From positions 18,972,001-19,036,000 of the forward strand of contig JBHGNT010000017.1 in the NCBI GenBank assembly GCA_043228905.1: a stretch of 64,000 bases of DNA. The letters are read 5' to 3'. Shown here in pieces: positions 36,965 to 50,329 of this stretch (its first letter is position 1; each line of letters opens with the position of its first letter). The translations under genes and the position numbers were made by a program. The notes under the pieces are model-generated. The model was given only the letters and a program-made list of their open reading frames with translations, ran no database searches and was not told the DNA's origin. This DNA comes from Azolla caroliniana (lineage: Eukaryota; Plantae; Polypodiophyta).

Positions 36965-38815
36965 GTGATATCGGATTTTTGTGTTCAAACATGCGAATCG
37001 AGGCTAATAAATCTAGCTATTATATGGAATTAAAAAATCAAGAATTTCAAACTCAGGTCGAGAGACATGAAATAATTAGCAAATTTGAGGAGGGAGTTGA
37101 GAAGAGGGCGTGAGTAAATTCAAATGTTCATACCTGGTTCGTGTCATATCAGATTTTACTGTTCAAACATGCGAATCGAAGTTAACAACACTAGCTATGA
37201 TATGGATTTTAAAAATCAAAATTTTTAAACTCAGGTCTAGAGACATGAAGAAATTAGCAAATTATTGAGGGAGTGGAGAAGAGCCTGTTTGGAAATGAAA
37301 ATGTTCATACCTGGATCGTGTGATATCAGATTTTAGTGTTCAAACATGCGAATCGAAGCTAACAACACTAGCTATGATATGGAATTAAAAAATTAAGATT
37401 TTGAAACTCAGGTCCAGAGACATGCGAATCGAAGCTAACAACACTAGCTATGATCTGGATTTAAAAAATCAAGAATTTGAAACTCAGGTCCAGAGACATG
37501 AAGAAATTAGCAAATTTGAGGAGGTAGCGGAGAAGAGTTCGTTAAGAAATGAAAATGTTCATACCTGCCTCGTGTGATATCGGATTTTAGTGTTTAAACA
37601 TGCGAATTGAAGCTAACAACACTAGCTATGATCTGGATTTAAAAAATCAAGAATTTGAAACTCAGGTCCAGAGACATGAAGAAATTAGCAAATTTGAGGA
37701 GGTAGCGGAGAAGAGTTCGTTAAGAAATGAAAATGTTCATACCTGCCTCGTGTGATATCGGATTTTAGTGTTTAAACATGCGAATCGAAGCTAACAACAC
37801 TAGCTATGATATGGAATTAAAAAATTAAGATTTTGAAACTCCGGTCCAGAGACATGAAGAAATTAGTAAATTTGAGGAGGTAGTGGAGAAGAGCTCGTGA
37901 GTAAATTGAAATGTTCATACCTGGCTCGTGTGATCCCGGATTGTTGTGTTCAAATATGCGAATCGAAGGTCACAACACTAGCTATGATATGGAATTAAAA
38001 AATCAAGAATTTGAAACTCAGGTCGAGAGACATGAAGGAATTAGCAAATTTGAGGAGGTAGTGGATAAGAGCTCATTAAAAAATGAAAATGTTGATGCCT
38101 GGCTAATGTGATATTGGATTTTAGTGTTCAAACATTCGAATTGAAGCTAACAAAACTAGATATTATATGAAACTAAAAAATCAAGAATTTGAAACTCAAG
38201 TCGAGAGACATGAAGAAATTAGCAAATTTGAGGAGGTAGCGGAGAAGAGTTCGTTAAGAAATGAAAATGTTCATACCTGCCTCGTGCGATATCGGATTTT
38301 AGCGTTCAAACATGCGAATCGAAGCTAACAACACTAGCTATGATATGGATTTTAAAAATAAAGATTTTTAAACTCAGGTCTAGAGACATGAAGAAATTAG
38401 CAAATTATTCAGGGAGTGGAGAAGAGCATGTTTGGAAATGAAAATGTTCATACCTGGCTCGTGTGATATCGGATTTTAGTGTTCAAACATGCGAATCGAA
38501 GCTAACATCACTAGCTATGATATGGATTTAAAAAATCAAGATTTTGAAACTTAGGTCGAGAGACATGAAGAAATTTGAAAATTTGAGGGGGGAGTTTAGA
38601 AGAGCGCGTGAGTAAATTGAAATGTTAATACCTGTCTCGTGTGATATCGGATTTTTGTGTTCAAACATGCGAATCGAGGCTAACAATACTAGCTATTATA
38701 TGGAAATAAAAAATCAAGAAATTAACAAATTTGAGGAGGGAGTTGAGAAGAGAGCGTGAGTAAATTCAAATGTTCACACCTGGCTCGTGTTATATCGGAT
38801 TTTAGTGTTCAAACA
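36965..38815 (+). repeat. Copy of 33361-35210 (offset 3604)
   Basis: GTGATATCGGATTTTTGTG...GAGGCTAATAAATCT at 33361/36965; ACATG junction at 33816/37420; shared TTAGCGTTC and TATTCAGGG variants. Confidence 0.88.
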
Positions 38816-39479
38816 TGAGTATCGAAGCTAACATAACTAGGTATGATATGGATTTAAAAAAGCAACATTTTGAAACTCAGGTCGAGAGACATGAAGAAAT
38901 TAGCAAATTAGAGGAGGGAGTGGAGAAGAGCTTGTTTGGAAATAAAAATGTTCAGACCTGGATCGTGTGATATCGGATTTTTGTGTTCAAACATGCGAAT
39001 CGAAGTTAACAACACTATCTATTATATAGAATTAAAAAATCGAGAATTTGAAACTAGAAAATTAGAGGAGGGAGTGGAGAAGAGCCTGTTAGGAAATAAA
39101 AATGTTCATACCTGGCTCGTGTGATATCGGATTTTTGTGTTCAAACATGCGAATCGAAGTTAACAACACTAGCTATTATATAGAATTAAAAAATCGAGAA
39201 TTTGAAACTCAGGTCGAAAGACATGAAGAAATTAGCAAATTTGAGGAGGGAGTTAAGAAGAGGGCGTGAGTAAATTGAAATGTTAATACCGGTCTCGTGT
39301 GATATCGGATTTTTGAGTTCAAACAGGCAAATCGAAGCTAACAACACTAGCTATTCTATGGAATTAAAAAATCGACAATTTGAAACTAAGGTTGAGAGAC
39401 ATGAAGAAATTAGAAAATTAGAGGAGGGAGTGGAGAAGAGGCTGTTTGGAAATGATAATGTTCATACATAGCTCATGTG

Positions 39480-41990
39480 ATATCGGATTTTAGTGTTCAA
39501 ACATGCGAATCGAAGCTAACATCACTAGCTATGATATGGATTTAAAAAATCAAGATTTTGAAACTTAGGTCGAGAGACATGAAGAAATTAGAAAATTTGA
39601 GGGGGGAGTTTAGAAGAGCACGTGAGTAAATTGAAATGTTAATACCTGTCTCGTGTGATATCGGATTTTTGTGTTCAAACATGCGAATCGAGGCTAACAA
39701 TACTAGCTATTATATGGAAATAAAAAATCAAGAAATTAACAAATTTGAGGAGGGAGTTGAGAAGAGAGCGTGAGTAAATTCAAATGTTCACACCTGGCTC
39801 GTGTTATATCGGATTTTAGTGTTCAAACATGTGAATCGAAGCTAACAACACTAGTTATGATATGGATTTAAAAAATCAAGATTTTGAAACTCAGGTCGAG
39901 AGACATGAAGAAATTAGCAAATTTGAGGGGGGAGTTGAGATGAGCGCGTGAGTAAATTAAAATGTTAATACCTCTCTCTTGTGATATCGGACTTTTGTGT
40001 TCAAACATGCGAATCGAAGCTAACCATACTAGCTATTATATGGAATTAAAAAATCTAGAATTTCAAACTCAGGTCAAGAGACATGAAGAAATTAGCAAAT
40101 TTGAGGAGGGAGTTGAGAAGAGGGCGTGGGTAAATTCAAATGTTCATACCTGGCTCGTGTGATATCAGATTTTAGTGTTCAAACATGCGAATCGAAGCTA
40201 ACATCACTAGCTATGATATGGATTTCAAAAATCAAGATTTTGAAACTCAGGTCGAGAGACATGAAGAAATTAGCAAAATTGAGGAGGGAGTTGAGAAGAC
40301 CTCGTGCGTAAATTGAAATATTCATACCTGGCTCGTGTGATCCCTGATTGTTGTGTTCAAAGATGCGAATCGAAGCTCACAACACTAGCTATAATATGGA
40401 ATTAAAAAATCAAGAATTTGAAACTCAGGTCGAGAGACATGAAGAAATTAGCAAATTTGAGGAGGGAGTTGAGAAGAGCTCGTTAAGAAATGAAAATGTT
40501 GATACCTGGGTCATGTGATATCGGATTTTAGTGTTCAAACATGCGAATCGAAGCTAACAAGACTAGCTATGATATGAAATTAAAAAATGAAGAGTTTGAA
40601 ACTCAGGTCGAGAGACATGAAGAAATTAGCAAATTAGAGGAGGGAGTGGAGAAGAGCCTGTTTGGAAATGAAAATGTTTAGACCTGGATCGTGTGATATC
40701 GGATTTTAGTGTTCAAACATGCGAATCGAAGCTAACAACACTAGCTATGATATGAAATTAAAAAATGAAGAGTTTGAAACTCAGGTCGAGAGACATGAAG
40801 AAATTAGCAAATTAGAGGAGGGAGTGGAGAAGAGCCTGTTTGGAAATGAAAATGTTTAGACCTGGATCGTGTGATATCGGATTTTTGTGTTCAAACATGC
40901 GAATCGAAGCTAACAACACTAGCTTTTATATAGAATTAAAAAATCGAGAATTTGAAACTCAGGTCGAGAGACATGAAGAAATTAGCAAATTTGAGGAGGG
41001 AGTTGAGAAGAGGGCGTGAGTAAATTCAAATGTTCATACCTGGCTCGTGTCATATCAGATTTTAGTGTTCAAACATGCGAATCGAAGCTAACATAACTAG
41101 GTATGATATGGATTTTAAAAATCAAGATTTTTAAACTCAGGTCTAGAGACATGAAGAAATTAGCAAATTAGAGGAGGGAGTGGAGAAGAGCCTGTTTGGA
41201 AATGAAAATGTTCATACCTGGATCGTGTGATATCGGATTTTAGTGTTCAAACATGCGAATCGAAGCTAACAACACTAGCTATTATATGGAATTAAAAAAT
41301 TAAGATTTTGAAACTCAGGTCGAAAGACATGAAGAAATTAGCAAATTTGAGGAGGGAGTTAAGAAGAGGGCGTGAGTAAATTGAAATGTTAATACCGGTC
41401 TCGTGTGATATCGGATTTTTGAGTTCAAACAGGCAAATCGAAGCTAACAACACTAGCTATTCTATGGAATTAAAAAATCGACAATTTGAAACTAAGGTTG
41501 AGAGACATGAAGACACTAGAAAATTTGAGGAGGGAGTTGAGAAGAGGGCGTGAGTAAATTCAAATGTTCATACCTGGGTCGTGCAATATCGGATTTTAGT
41601 GTTCAAACATGCGTATCGAAGCTAACAACACTAGCTATGATATGGATTTAAAAATTCAAGATTTTGAAACTTAGGTCGAGAGACACGAAGAGATTAGCAA
41701 ATTTGAGGAGGGAGTTGAGAAGAGCGCGTGAGTAAATTCAAATGTTAATACCTGTCTCGTGTGATATCGGATTTTTGTGTTCAAACATGCGAATCGAGGC
41801 TAATAAATCTAGCTATTATATGGAATTAAAAAATCAAGAATTTCAAACTCAGGTCGAGAGACATGAAGAAATTAGCAAATTTGAGGAGGGAGTTGAGAAG
41901 AGGGCGTGAGTAAATTCAAATGTTCATACCTGGCTCGTGTCATATCAGATTTTAGTGTTCAAACATGCGAATCGAAGCTAACAACACTCG
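39480..41990 (+). repeat. Copy of about 34860-37195 (offset 4618, then 4796 after one extra monomer)
   Basis: ORF pair 35508/40126; shared GACCTCGTGCG, GTTTAGACC and GGTCGTGCAATATC variants; an extra monomer at about 40700-40880. Confidence 0.85.
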
Positions 41991-42449
41991 CTATGATATG
42001 AAATTAAAAAATCAAGAATTTCAAACTGAGGTCGAGAGATACGAAAAAATTAGCAAATTTGAGGAGGTAGTTGAGAAGAGGGTGTCAGTAAATTCAAATG
42101 TTCATACCTGGCTTGTATGATATCAGATTTTAGTGTTCAAACATTCGAATCGAAGCTAACAACACTAGCTATGATATGAATTTAAAAACTCAAGAATTTG
42201 AAACTCAGGTGGAGAGACATGAAGAAATCAGTAAATTAGAGGAGGGAGTGGAGAAGAGCCTGTTAGGAAATCAAAATGTTCATACCTGGATCGTGTGATA
42301 TCGGATTTTAGTGTTCAGACATGCAAATCGAAGCTAACAACACTAGCTATGACATGGAATTAAATATTCAAGATTTTGAAACTTAGGTCAAGAGACACGA
42401 AGAAATTAGAAAATTTGAGGAGGGAGTTGAGAAGAGCCTGTTTGGAAAT

Positions 42450-45400
42450 GAGAATGTTCATACATAGCTCATGTGATATCGGTTTTAGTGTTCAAACATG
42501 GGAATCGAAGCTAACAACACTAGCTATGATATGGATTTAAAAAATCAAGAATTTGTAACTCAGGTCGAGAAGCATGAAGAAATTAGCAAATTTGAGGAGG
42601 GAGTTGAGAAGAGGGCGTGAGTAAATTCAAATGTTCATCGTGTAATATCGGATTTTAGTGTTCAAACATGCGAATCGAAGCTAACAACACTAGCTATGAT
42701 ATGGATTTAAAAATTCAAGATTTTGAAACTTAGGTCGAGAGACACGAAGAGATTAGCAAATTTGAGGAGGGAGTTGAGAAGAGCGCGTGAGTAAATTCAA
42801 ATGTTAATACCTGTCTCGTGTGATATCGGATTTTTGTGTTCAAACATGCGAATCGAGGCTAATAAAACTAGCTATTATATGGAATTAAAAAATCAAGAAT
42901 TTCAAACTCAACATGCGAATCAAAGCTAACAACACTAGCTATGATATGGATTTAAAAATTCAAGATTTTGATACTTAGGTCGAGAGACACGAAGAGATTA
43001 GCAAATTTGAGGAGGGAGTTGAGAAGAGCGCGTGAGTAAATTCAAATGTTAATACCTGTCTCGTGTGATATCGGATTTTTGTGTTCAAACATGCGAATCG
43101 AGGCTAATAAATCTAGCTATTATATGGAATTAAAAAATCAAGAATTTCAAACTCAGGTCGAGAGACATGAAGAAATTAGCAAATTTGAGGAGGGAGTTGA
43201 GAAGAGGGCGTGAGTAAATTCAAATGTTCATACCTGGCTCGTGTCATATCAGATTTTAGTGTTCAAACATGCGAATCGAAGCTAACAACACTAGCTATGA
43301 TATCAAATTAAAAAATCAAGAATTTCAAACTGAGGTCGAGAGATACGAAAACATTAGCAAATTTGAGGAGGGAGTTGAGAAGAGGGTGTCAGTAAATTCA
43401 AATGTTCATACCTGGCTCGTGTGATATCAGATTTTACTGTTCAAACATTCGAATAGAAGCTAACAACACTAGCTACGATATGAAATTAAAAAATCAAGAA
43501 TTTGAAACTCAGGTCGAGAGACATGAAGAAATGAGAAAATTAGAGGAGGGAGTGGAGAAGAGCCTGTTAGGAAATAAAAATGTTTATACCTGGATCGTGT
43601 GATATCGGATTTTAGTGTTCAAACATGCAAATCGAAGCTAACAACACTAGCTATGACATGGAATTAAAAATTCAAGATTTTGAAACTTAGGTCGAGAGAC
43701 ACGAAGAGATTAGCAAATTTGAGGAGGGAGTTGAGAAGAGCGCGTGAGTAAATTCAAATGTTAATATCTCTCTCGTGTGATATCGGATTTTTGTGTTCAA
43801 ACATGCGAATCGAGGCTAATAAATCTAGCTATTATATGGAATTAAAAAATCAAGAATTTCAAACTCAGGTCGAGAGACATGAAGAAATTAGCAAATTTGA
43901 GGAGGGAATTGAGAAGAAGGCGTGAGTAAATTCAAATGTTCATACCTGGCTCGTGTCATATCAGATTTTAGTGTTCAAACATGCGAATCGAAGCTAACAA
44001 CACTAGCTATGATATCAAATTAAAAAATCAAGAATTTCAAACTGAGGTCGAGAGATACGAAAAAATTAGCAAATTTGAGGAGGGAGTTGAGAAGAGGGTG
44101 TCAGTAAATTCAAATGTTCATACCTGGCTCGTGTGATATCAGATTTTAGTGTTCAAACATTCGAATCGAAGCTAAGAACACTAGCTATGATATGAAATTA
44201 AAAAATCAAGAATTTGAAACTCAGGTCGAGGGACATGAAGAAATTAGAAAATTAGAGGAGGGAGTGGAGAAGAGGCTGTTTGGAAATGAGAATGTTCATA
44301 CATAGCTCATGTGATATCGGATTTTAGTGTTCAAACATGGGAATCGAAGCTAACAACACTAGCTATGATATGTAATTAAAAAATCAAGAATTTGTAATTC
44401 AGGTCGAGAAGCATGAAGAAATTAGCAAATTTGAGGAGGGAGTTGAGAAGAGGGCGTGAGTAAATTCAAATGTTCATACCTGGCTCGTGTGATATCAGAT
44501 TTTAGTGTTCAAACATGCGAATCGAAGCTAACAACGCTAGCTATGATATGTATTTTAAAAATCAAGATTTTTAAACTCAGGTCGAGAGACATGATGAATT
44601 TAGCAAATTTGAGGAGGGAGTTGAGAAGAGCTCGTGACTAAAGTGGAATGTTCATACCTGGCTCGTGTGATCCCGGATTGTCGTGTTCAAAGATGCGAAT
44701 CGATGCTCACAACACTAGCTATGATATGGAATTAAAAAATCTAGAATTTGAAGAAATTAGCAAATTTGAGGAGGTAGCGGAGAAGAGTTCGTTAAGAAAT
44801 GAAAATGTTCATACCTGGCTCGTGTGATATCGGATTTTAGTGTTGCAACATGCGAATCGAAGCTAACAACACTAGCTATGATATGGATTTTAAAAATCTA
44901 GATTTTTAAACTCAGGTCGAGAGACATGAAGAAATTAGCAAATTATTGAGGGAGTGGAGAAGAGCCTGTTTGGAAATGAAAATGTTCATACCTGGATCGT
45001 GTGATATCGAATTTTTGTGTTCAAACATGCGAATTGAAGCTAACAACACTAGCTATGATATGGAATTAAAAAATCATGATTTTGAAACTCAGGTCCAGAG
45101 ACATGAAGAAATTAGCAAATTTGAGGAGGGGGTTGAGAAGAGGGCATGAGTAAATTGAAATGTTCATACCTGGTTCATGTGATTCTGGATTTTAGTGTTC
45201 AAAGATGCAAATCGAAGATCACAAACCTAGCTATGATATAGAATTAAAAAATCTAGAATTTGAAACTCAGGTCGAGAGACATGAAGAAATTAGCAAATTT
45301 GAGGAGGTAGTGGAGAAGAGTTCGTTAAGAAATGAAAATGTTCATACCTGGCTCATGTGATATCAGATTTTAGTGTTCAAACATGCGAATCGAAGCTAAC

Positions 45401-46864
45401 AACACTAACTATGCTATGGATTTAAAAAATCAAGATTTCGAAACCCAGGTCCCGAGACATGAAGAAATTAGCAAATTTGAGGAGGGAGTTGAGAAGAGCT
45501 CGTGAGTAAATGGAAATGTTCATACTTGGCTCATGTGATCCTGGATTGTTGTGTTCAGAAATGCGAATCGAAGCTCACAACACTAGCTATGATATAAAAT
45601 TAAAAAATCAAGAATATGAAACTAAGGTCGAGAGACATGAAGAAATTAGCAAATTAGAGGAGGGAGTGGAGAAGAGCCTGTTTGGAAATGAAAATGTTCA
45701 GACCAGGATCCTGTGATATCGGATTTTAGTGTTCAAACATGCAAATCGAAGCTAAGAACACTAGCTATTATATAGAATTAAAGAATCGAGAATTTGAAAC
45801 TCAGGTCCAGAGACATGAAGAAATTAGCAAATTTGAGGAGGGAGTTGAGAAGAGGGCGTGAGTAAATTCAAATGTTCATACCTGGCTCGTGTAATATCGG
45901 ATTTTAGTGTTGAAACATGCGAATCGAAGCTAATATCACTACCTATGATATGGATTTAAAAAATCAAGAGTTTGAAACTCAGGTCGAGAGACATGAAGAA
46001 ATTAGCAAAATTGAGGAGGGAGTTGAGAAGAGCTCGTGCGTAAATTGAAATATTCATACCTGGCTCGTGTGATCCCGGATTGTTGTGTTCAAAGATGCGA
46101 ATCGAAGCTCACAACACTAGCTATGATATGGAATTAAAAAATCAAGAATTTGAAACTCAGGTCGAGAGACATGAAGAAATTAGCAAATTTGAGGAGGTAG
46201 TGGAGAAGAGCTCGTTAAGAAATGAAAATGTTGATACCTGGGTCATGTGATATCGGATTTTAGTGTTCAAACATGCGAATCGAAGCTAACAAGACTAGCT
46301 ATGATATGAAATTAAAAAATGAAGAGTTTGAAACTCAGGTCGAGAGACATGAAGAAATTAGCAAATTAGAGGAGGGAGTGGAGAAGAGCCTATTTGGAAA
46401 TGAAAATGTTCAGACCTGGATCGTGTGATATCGGATTTTTGTGTTCAAACATGCGAATCGAAGCTAACAACACTAGCTTTTATATAGAATTAAAAAATCG
46501 AGAATTTGAAACTCAGGTCGAGAGACATGAAGAAATTAGCAAATTTGAGGAGGGAGTTGAGAAGAGGGCGTGAGTAAATTCAAATGTTCATACCTGGCTC
46601 GTGTGATATCGGATTTTAGTGTTCAAACATGCGTATCGAAGCTAACATAACTAGGTATGATATGGATTTAAAAAAGCAACATTTTAAAACTCAGGTCGAG
46701 AGACATGAAGAAATTAGCAAATTAGAGGAGGGAGTGGAGAAGAGCTTGTTTGGAAATAAAAATGTTCAGACCTGGATCGTGTGATATCGGATTTTCGTGT
46801 TCAAACATGCGAATCGAAGTTAACAACACTAGCTATTATATAGAATTAAAAAATCGAGAATTTG
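42450..46864 (+). repeat. Block repeated at about 59586-64000 (offset 17,136; the second copy runs off the window end)
   Basis: ORF pairs 44456/61592 and 44946/62082; shared deletions ATGTTCATCGTG (42631/59767), AACTCAACATGCG and AATTTGAAGAAATT. Confidence 0.92.
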
Positions 46865-47900
46865 AAACTCAGGTCGAAAGACATGAAGAAATTAGCAAAT
46901 TTGAGGAGGGAGTTAAGAAGAGCGCGTGAGTAAATTGAAATGTTAATACCGGTCTCGTGTGATATCGGATTTTTGAGTTCAAATAGGCAAAGCGAAGCTA
47001 ACAACACTAGCTATTCTATGGAATTAAAAAATTGACAATTTGAAACTAAGGTGGAGAGACATGAAGAAATTAGCAAATTTGAGGAGGGAGTTGAGAAGAG
47101 GGTGTGAGTAAATTCAAATGTTCATACCTGGCTCGTGTAATATCGGATTTTAGTGTTCAAACATGCGAATCGAAGCTAACAACACTAGCTATGATATGGA
47201 TTTAAAAATTCAAGATTTTGAAACTTAGGTCGAGAGACACGAAGAGATTAGCAAATTTGAGGAGGGAGTTGAGAAGAGCGCGTGAGTAAATTCAAATGTT
47301 AATACCTGTCTCCTGTGATATCGGATTTTTGTGTTCAAACATGCGAATCGAGGCTAATAAATCTAGCTATTATATGGAATTAAAAAATCAAGAATTTCAA
47401 ACTCAGTTCGAGAGACATGAAGAAATTAGCAAATTTGAGGAGGGAGTTGAGAAGAGGGCGTGAGTAAATTCAAATGTTCATACCTGGCTCGTGTCATATC
47501 AGATTTTAGTGTTCAAACATGCGAATCGAAGCTAACAACACTAGCTATGATATCAAATTAAAAAATCAAGAATTTCAAACTGAGGTCGAGAGATACGAAA
47601 AAATTAGCAAATTTGAGGAGGGAGTTGAGAAGAGGGTGTCAGTAAATTCGAATGTTCATACCTGGCTCGTGTGATATCAGATTTTAGTGTTCAAACATTC
47701 GAATCGAAGCTAACAACACTAGCTATGATATGAAATTAAAAAATCAAGAATTTGAAACTCAGGTGGAGAGACATGAAGAAATCAACAAATTAGAGGAGGG
47801 AGTGGACAAGAGCCTGTTAGGAAATAAAAATGTTCATACCTGGATCGTGTGATATCGGATTTTAGTGTTCAAACATGCAAATCGAAGCTAACAACACTAG
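46590..47900 (+). repeat. Block repeated at about 57637-58950 (offset 11,047)
   Basis: Private variants AAATAGGCAAAGCG (46981/58028), AATTGACAATTT, AAGGTGGAGAG and ATTTTAAAAC are shared. Confidence 0.88.
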
Positions 47901-48274
47901 CTATGACATGGAATTAAAAATTCAAGATTTTGAAACTTAGGTCAAGAGACACGAAGAAATTAGCAAATTTGAGGAGGGAGTTGTGAAGAGCGCGTGAGTA
48001 AATTCAAATGTTAATACCTGTCTCGTGTGATATCGGATCTTTGTGTTCAAACATGCGAATCGACGCTAACAACACTAGCTATTCTATCGAATTAAAAAAT
48101 TGACAATTTGAAACTCAGATCGAGAGACATGAAGAAATTAGCAAATTTGAGGAGGGAGTTGAGAATAGGGCGTGAGTAAATTCAAATGTTCATACCTGGC
48201 TCGTGTTATATCGGATTTTAGTGTTCAAACATGCGAATCGAAGCTAACAACACTAGCTATGATATGGATTTAAA

Positions 48275-50313
48275 AATTCAAGATTTTGAAACTTAGGTCG
48301 AGAGACATGAAGAAATTAGCAAATTTGAGGAGGGAGTTGAGAAGAGAGCGTGAGTAAATTCAAATGTTCATACCTGGCTCGTGTCATATCAGATTTTAGT
48401 GTTCAAACATGCGAATCGAAGCTAACACCACTAGCTATGATATCAAATTAAAAAATCAAGAATTTAAACTCAAGTCGAGAGACATGAAGATATTAGCAAA
48501 TTAGAGAAGGGAGTGGAGAAGAGCATGTTTGGAAATGAAAATGTTCATACCTGGATCGCGTGACATCGGATTTTTGTGTTGAAACATGCAAATCGAAGCT
48601 AACAACACTAGCTATGATATGGAATTAAAAAACTCAAGAATTCGAAACTTAAGAAATCAAAATGTTCATACCTGGAGAAGAGCCTGTTAGGAAATCAAAA
48701 TGTTCATACCTGGATCGTGTGATATCGGATTTTAGTGTTCAAACATGCAACTCGAAGCTAACAACACTAGCTATGATATGGAATTAAAAATTCAAGATTT
48801 TGAATCTTAGGTTGAGAGACATGAAGAAATTAGCAAATTTGAGGGGGGAGTTGAGAAGAGCGCGTGAGTAAATTGAAATGTTAATACCTGTCTCGTGTGA
48901 TAACGGTTTTTGTGTTCAAACATGCGAATCGAAGCTAACAACACTAGCTTTTTTATGGAATTAAAAAATCGAGAATTTGAAACTCAGGTCGAGAGACATG
49001 AAGAAATTAACAAATTAGAGGAGGGAGTGGAGAAGAGCCTCTTAGGAAATCAAAATGTTCATACCTGGATCGTGTGATATCGGATTTTAGTGTTCAAACA
49101 TGCAAATCGAAGCTAACAACACTAACTATGATATAAAATTAAAAATTCAAGATTTTGAAACTTAGGTCAAGAAACACGAAGAAATTAGCAAATTTGAGGA
49201 GGGAGTTGAGAAGAGCGCGTGAGTAAATTCAAATGTTAATACCTGCCTCGTGTGATATCGGATATTAGTGTTCAAACATGCAAATCGAAGCTAACAACAC
49301 TAACTATGATATAAAATTAAAAATTCAAGATTTTGAAACTTAGGTCGAGAGACATGAAGAAATTAGCAAATTTGAGGAGGGAGTTGAGAAGAGAGCGTGA
49401 GTAAATTCAAATGTTCATACCTGGCTCGTGTCATATCAGATTTTAGTGTTCAAACATGCGAATCGAAGCTAACACCACTAGCTATGATATCAAATTAAAA
49501 AATCAAGAATTTAAACTCAAGTCGAGAGACATGAAGATATTAGCAAATTAGAGAAGGGAGTGGAGAAGAGCATGTTTGGAAATGAAAATGTTCATACCTG
49601 GATCGCGTGACATCGGATTTTTGTGTTGAAACATGCAAATCGAAGCTAACAACACTAGCTATGATATGGAATTAAAAAACTCAAGAATTCGAAACTTAAG
49701 AAATCAAAATGTTCATACCTGGAGAAGAGCCTGTTAGGAAATCAAAATGTTCATACCTGGATCGTGTGATATCGGATTTTAGTGTTCAAACATGCAACTC
49801 GAAGCTAACAACACTAGCTATGATATGGAATTAAAAATTCAAGATTTTGAATCTTAGGTTGAGAGACATGAAGAAATTAGCAAATTTGAGGGGGGAGTTG
49901 AGAAGAGCGCGTGAGTAAATTGAAATGTTAATACCTGTCTCGTGTGATATCGGTTTTTGTGTTCAAACATGCGAATCGAAGCTAACAACACTAGCTTTTT
50001 TATGGAATTAAAAAATCGAGAATTTGAAACTCAGGTCGAGAGACATGAAGAAATTAACAAATTAGAGGAGGGAGTGGAGAAGAGCCTCTTAGGAAATCAA
50101 AATGTTCATACCTGGATCGTGTGATATCGGATTTTAGTGTTCAAACATGCAAATCGAAGCTAACAACACTAACTATGATATAAAATTAAAAATTCAAGAT
50201 TTTGAAACTTAGGTCAAGAAACACGAAGAAATTAGCAAATTTGAGGAGGGAGTTGAGAAGAGCGCGTGAGTAAATTCAAATGTTAATACCTGCCTCGTGT
50301 GATATCGGATATT
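48275..50313 (+). repeat. Near-perfect local tandem duplication, 1047-bp period (six monomers, one rearranged)
   Basis: GCTAACACCAC at 48421/49468 and AAGAAATCAAAATGTTCATACCTGGAGAAG at 48651/49698. Confidence 0.92.
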
Positions 50314-50329
50314 TGTGTTCAAACATGCG

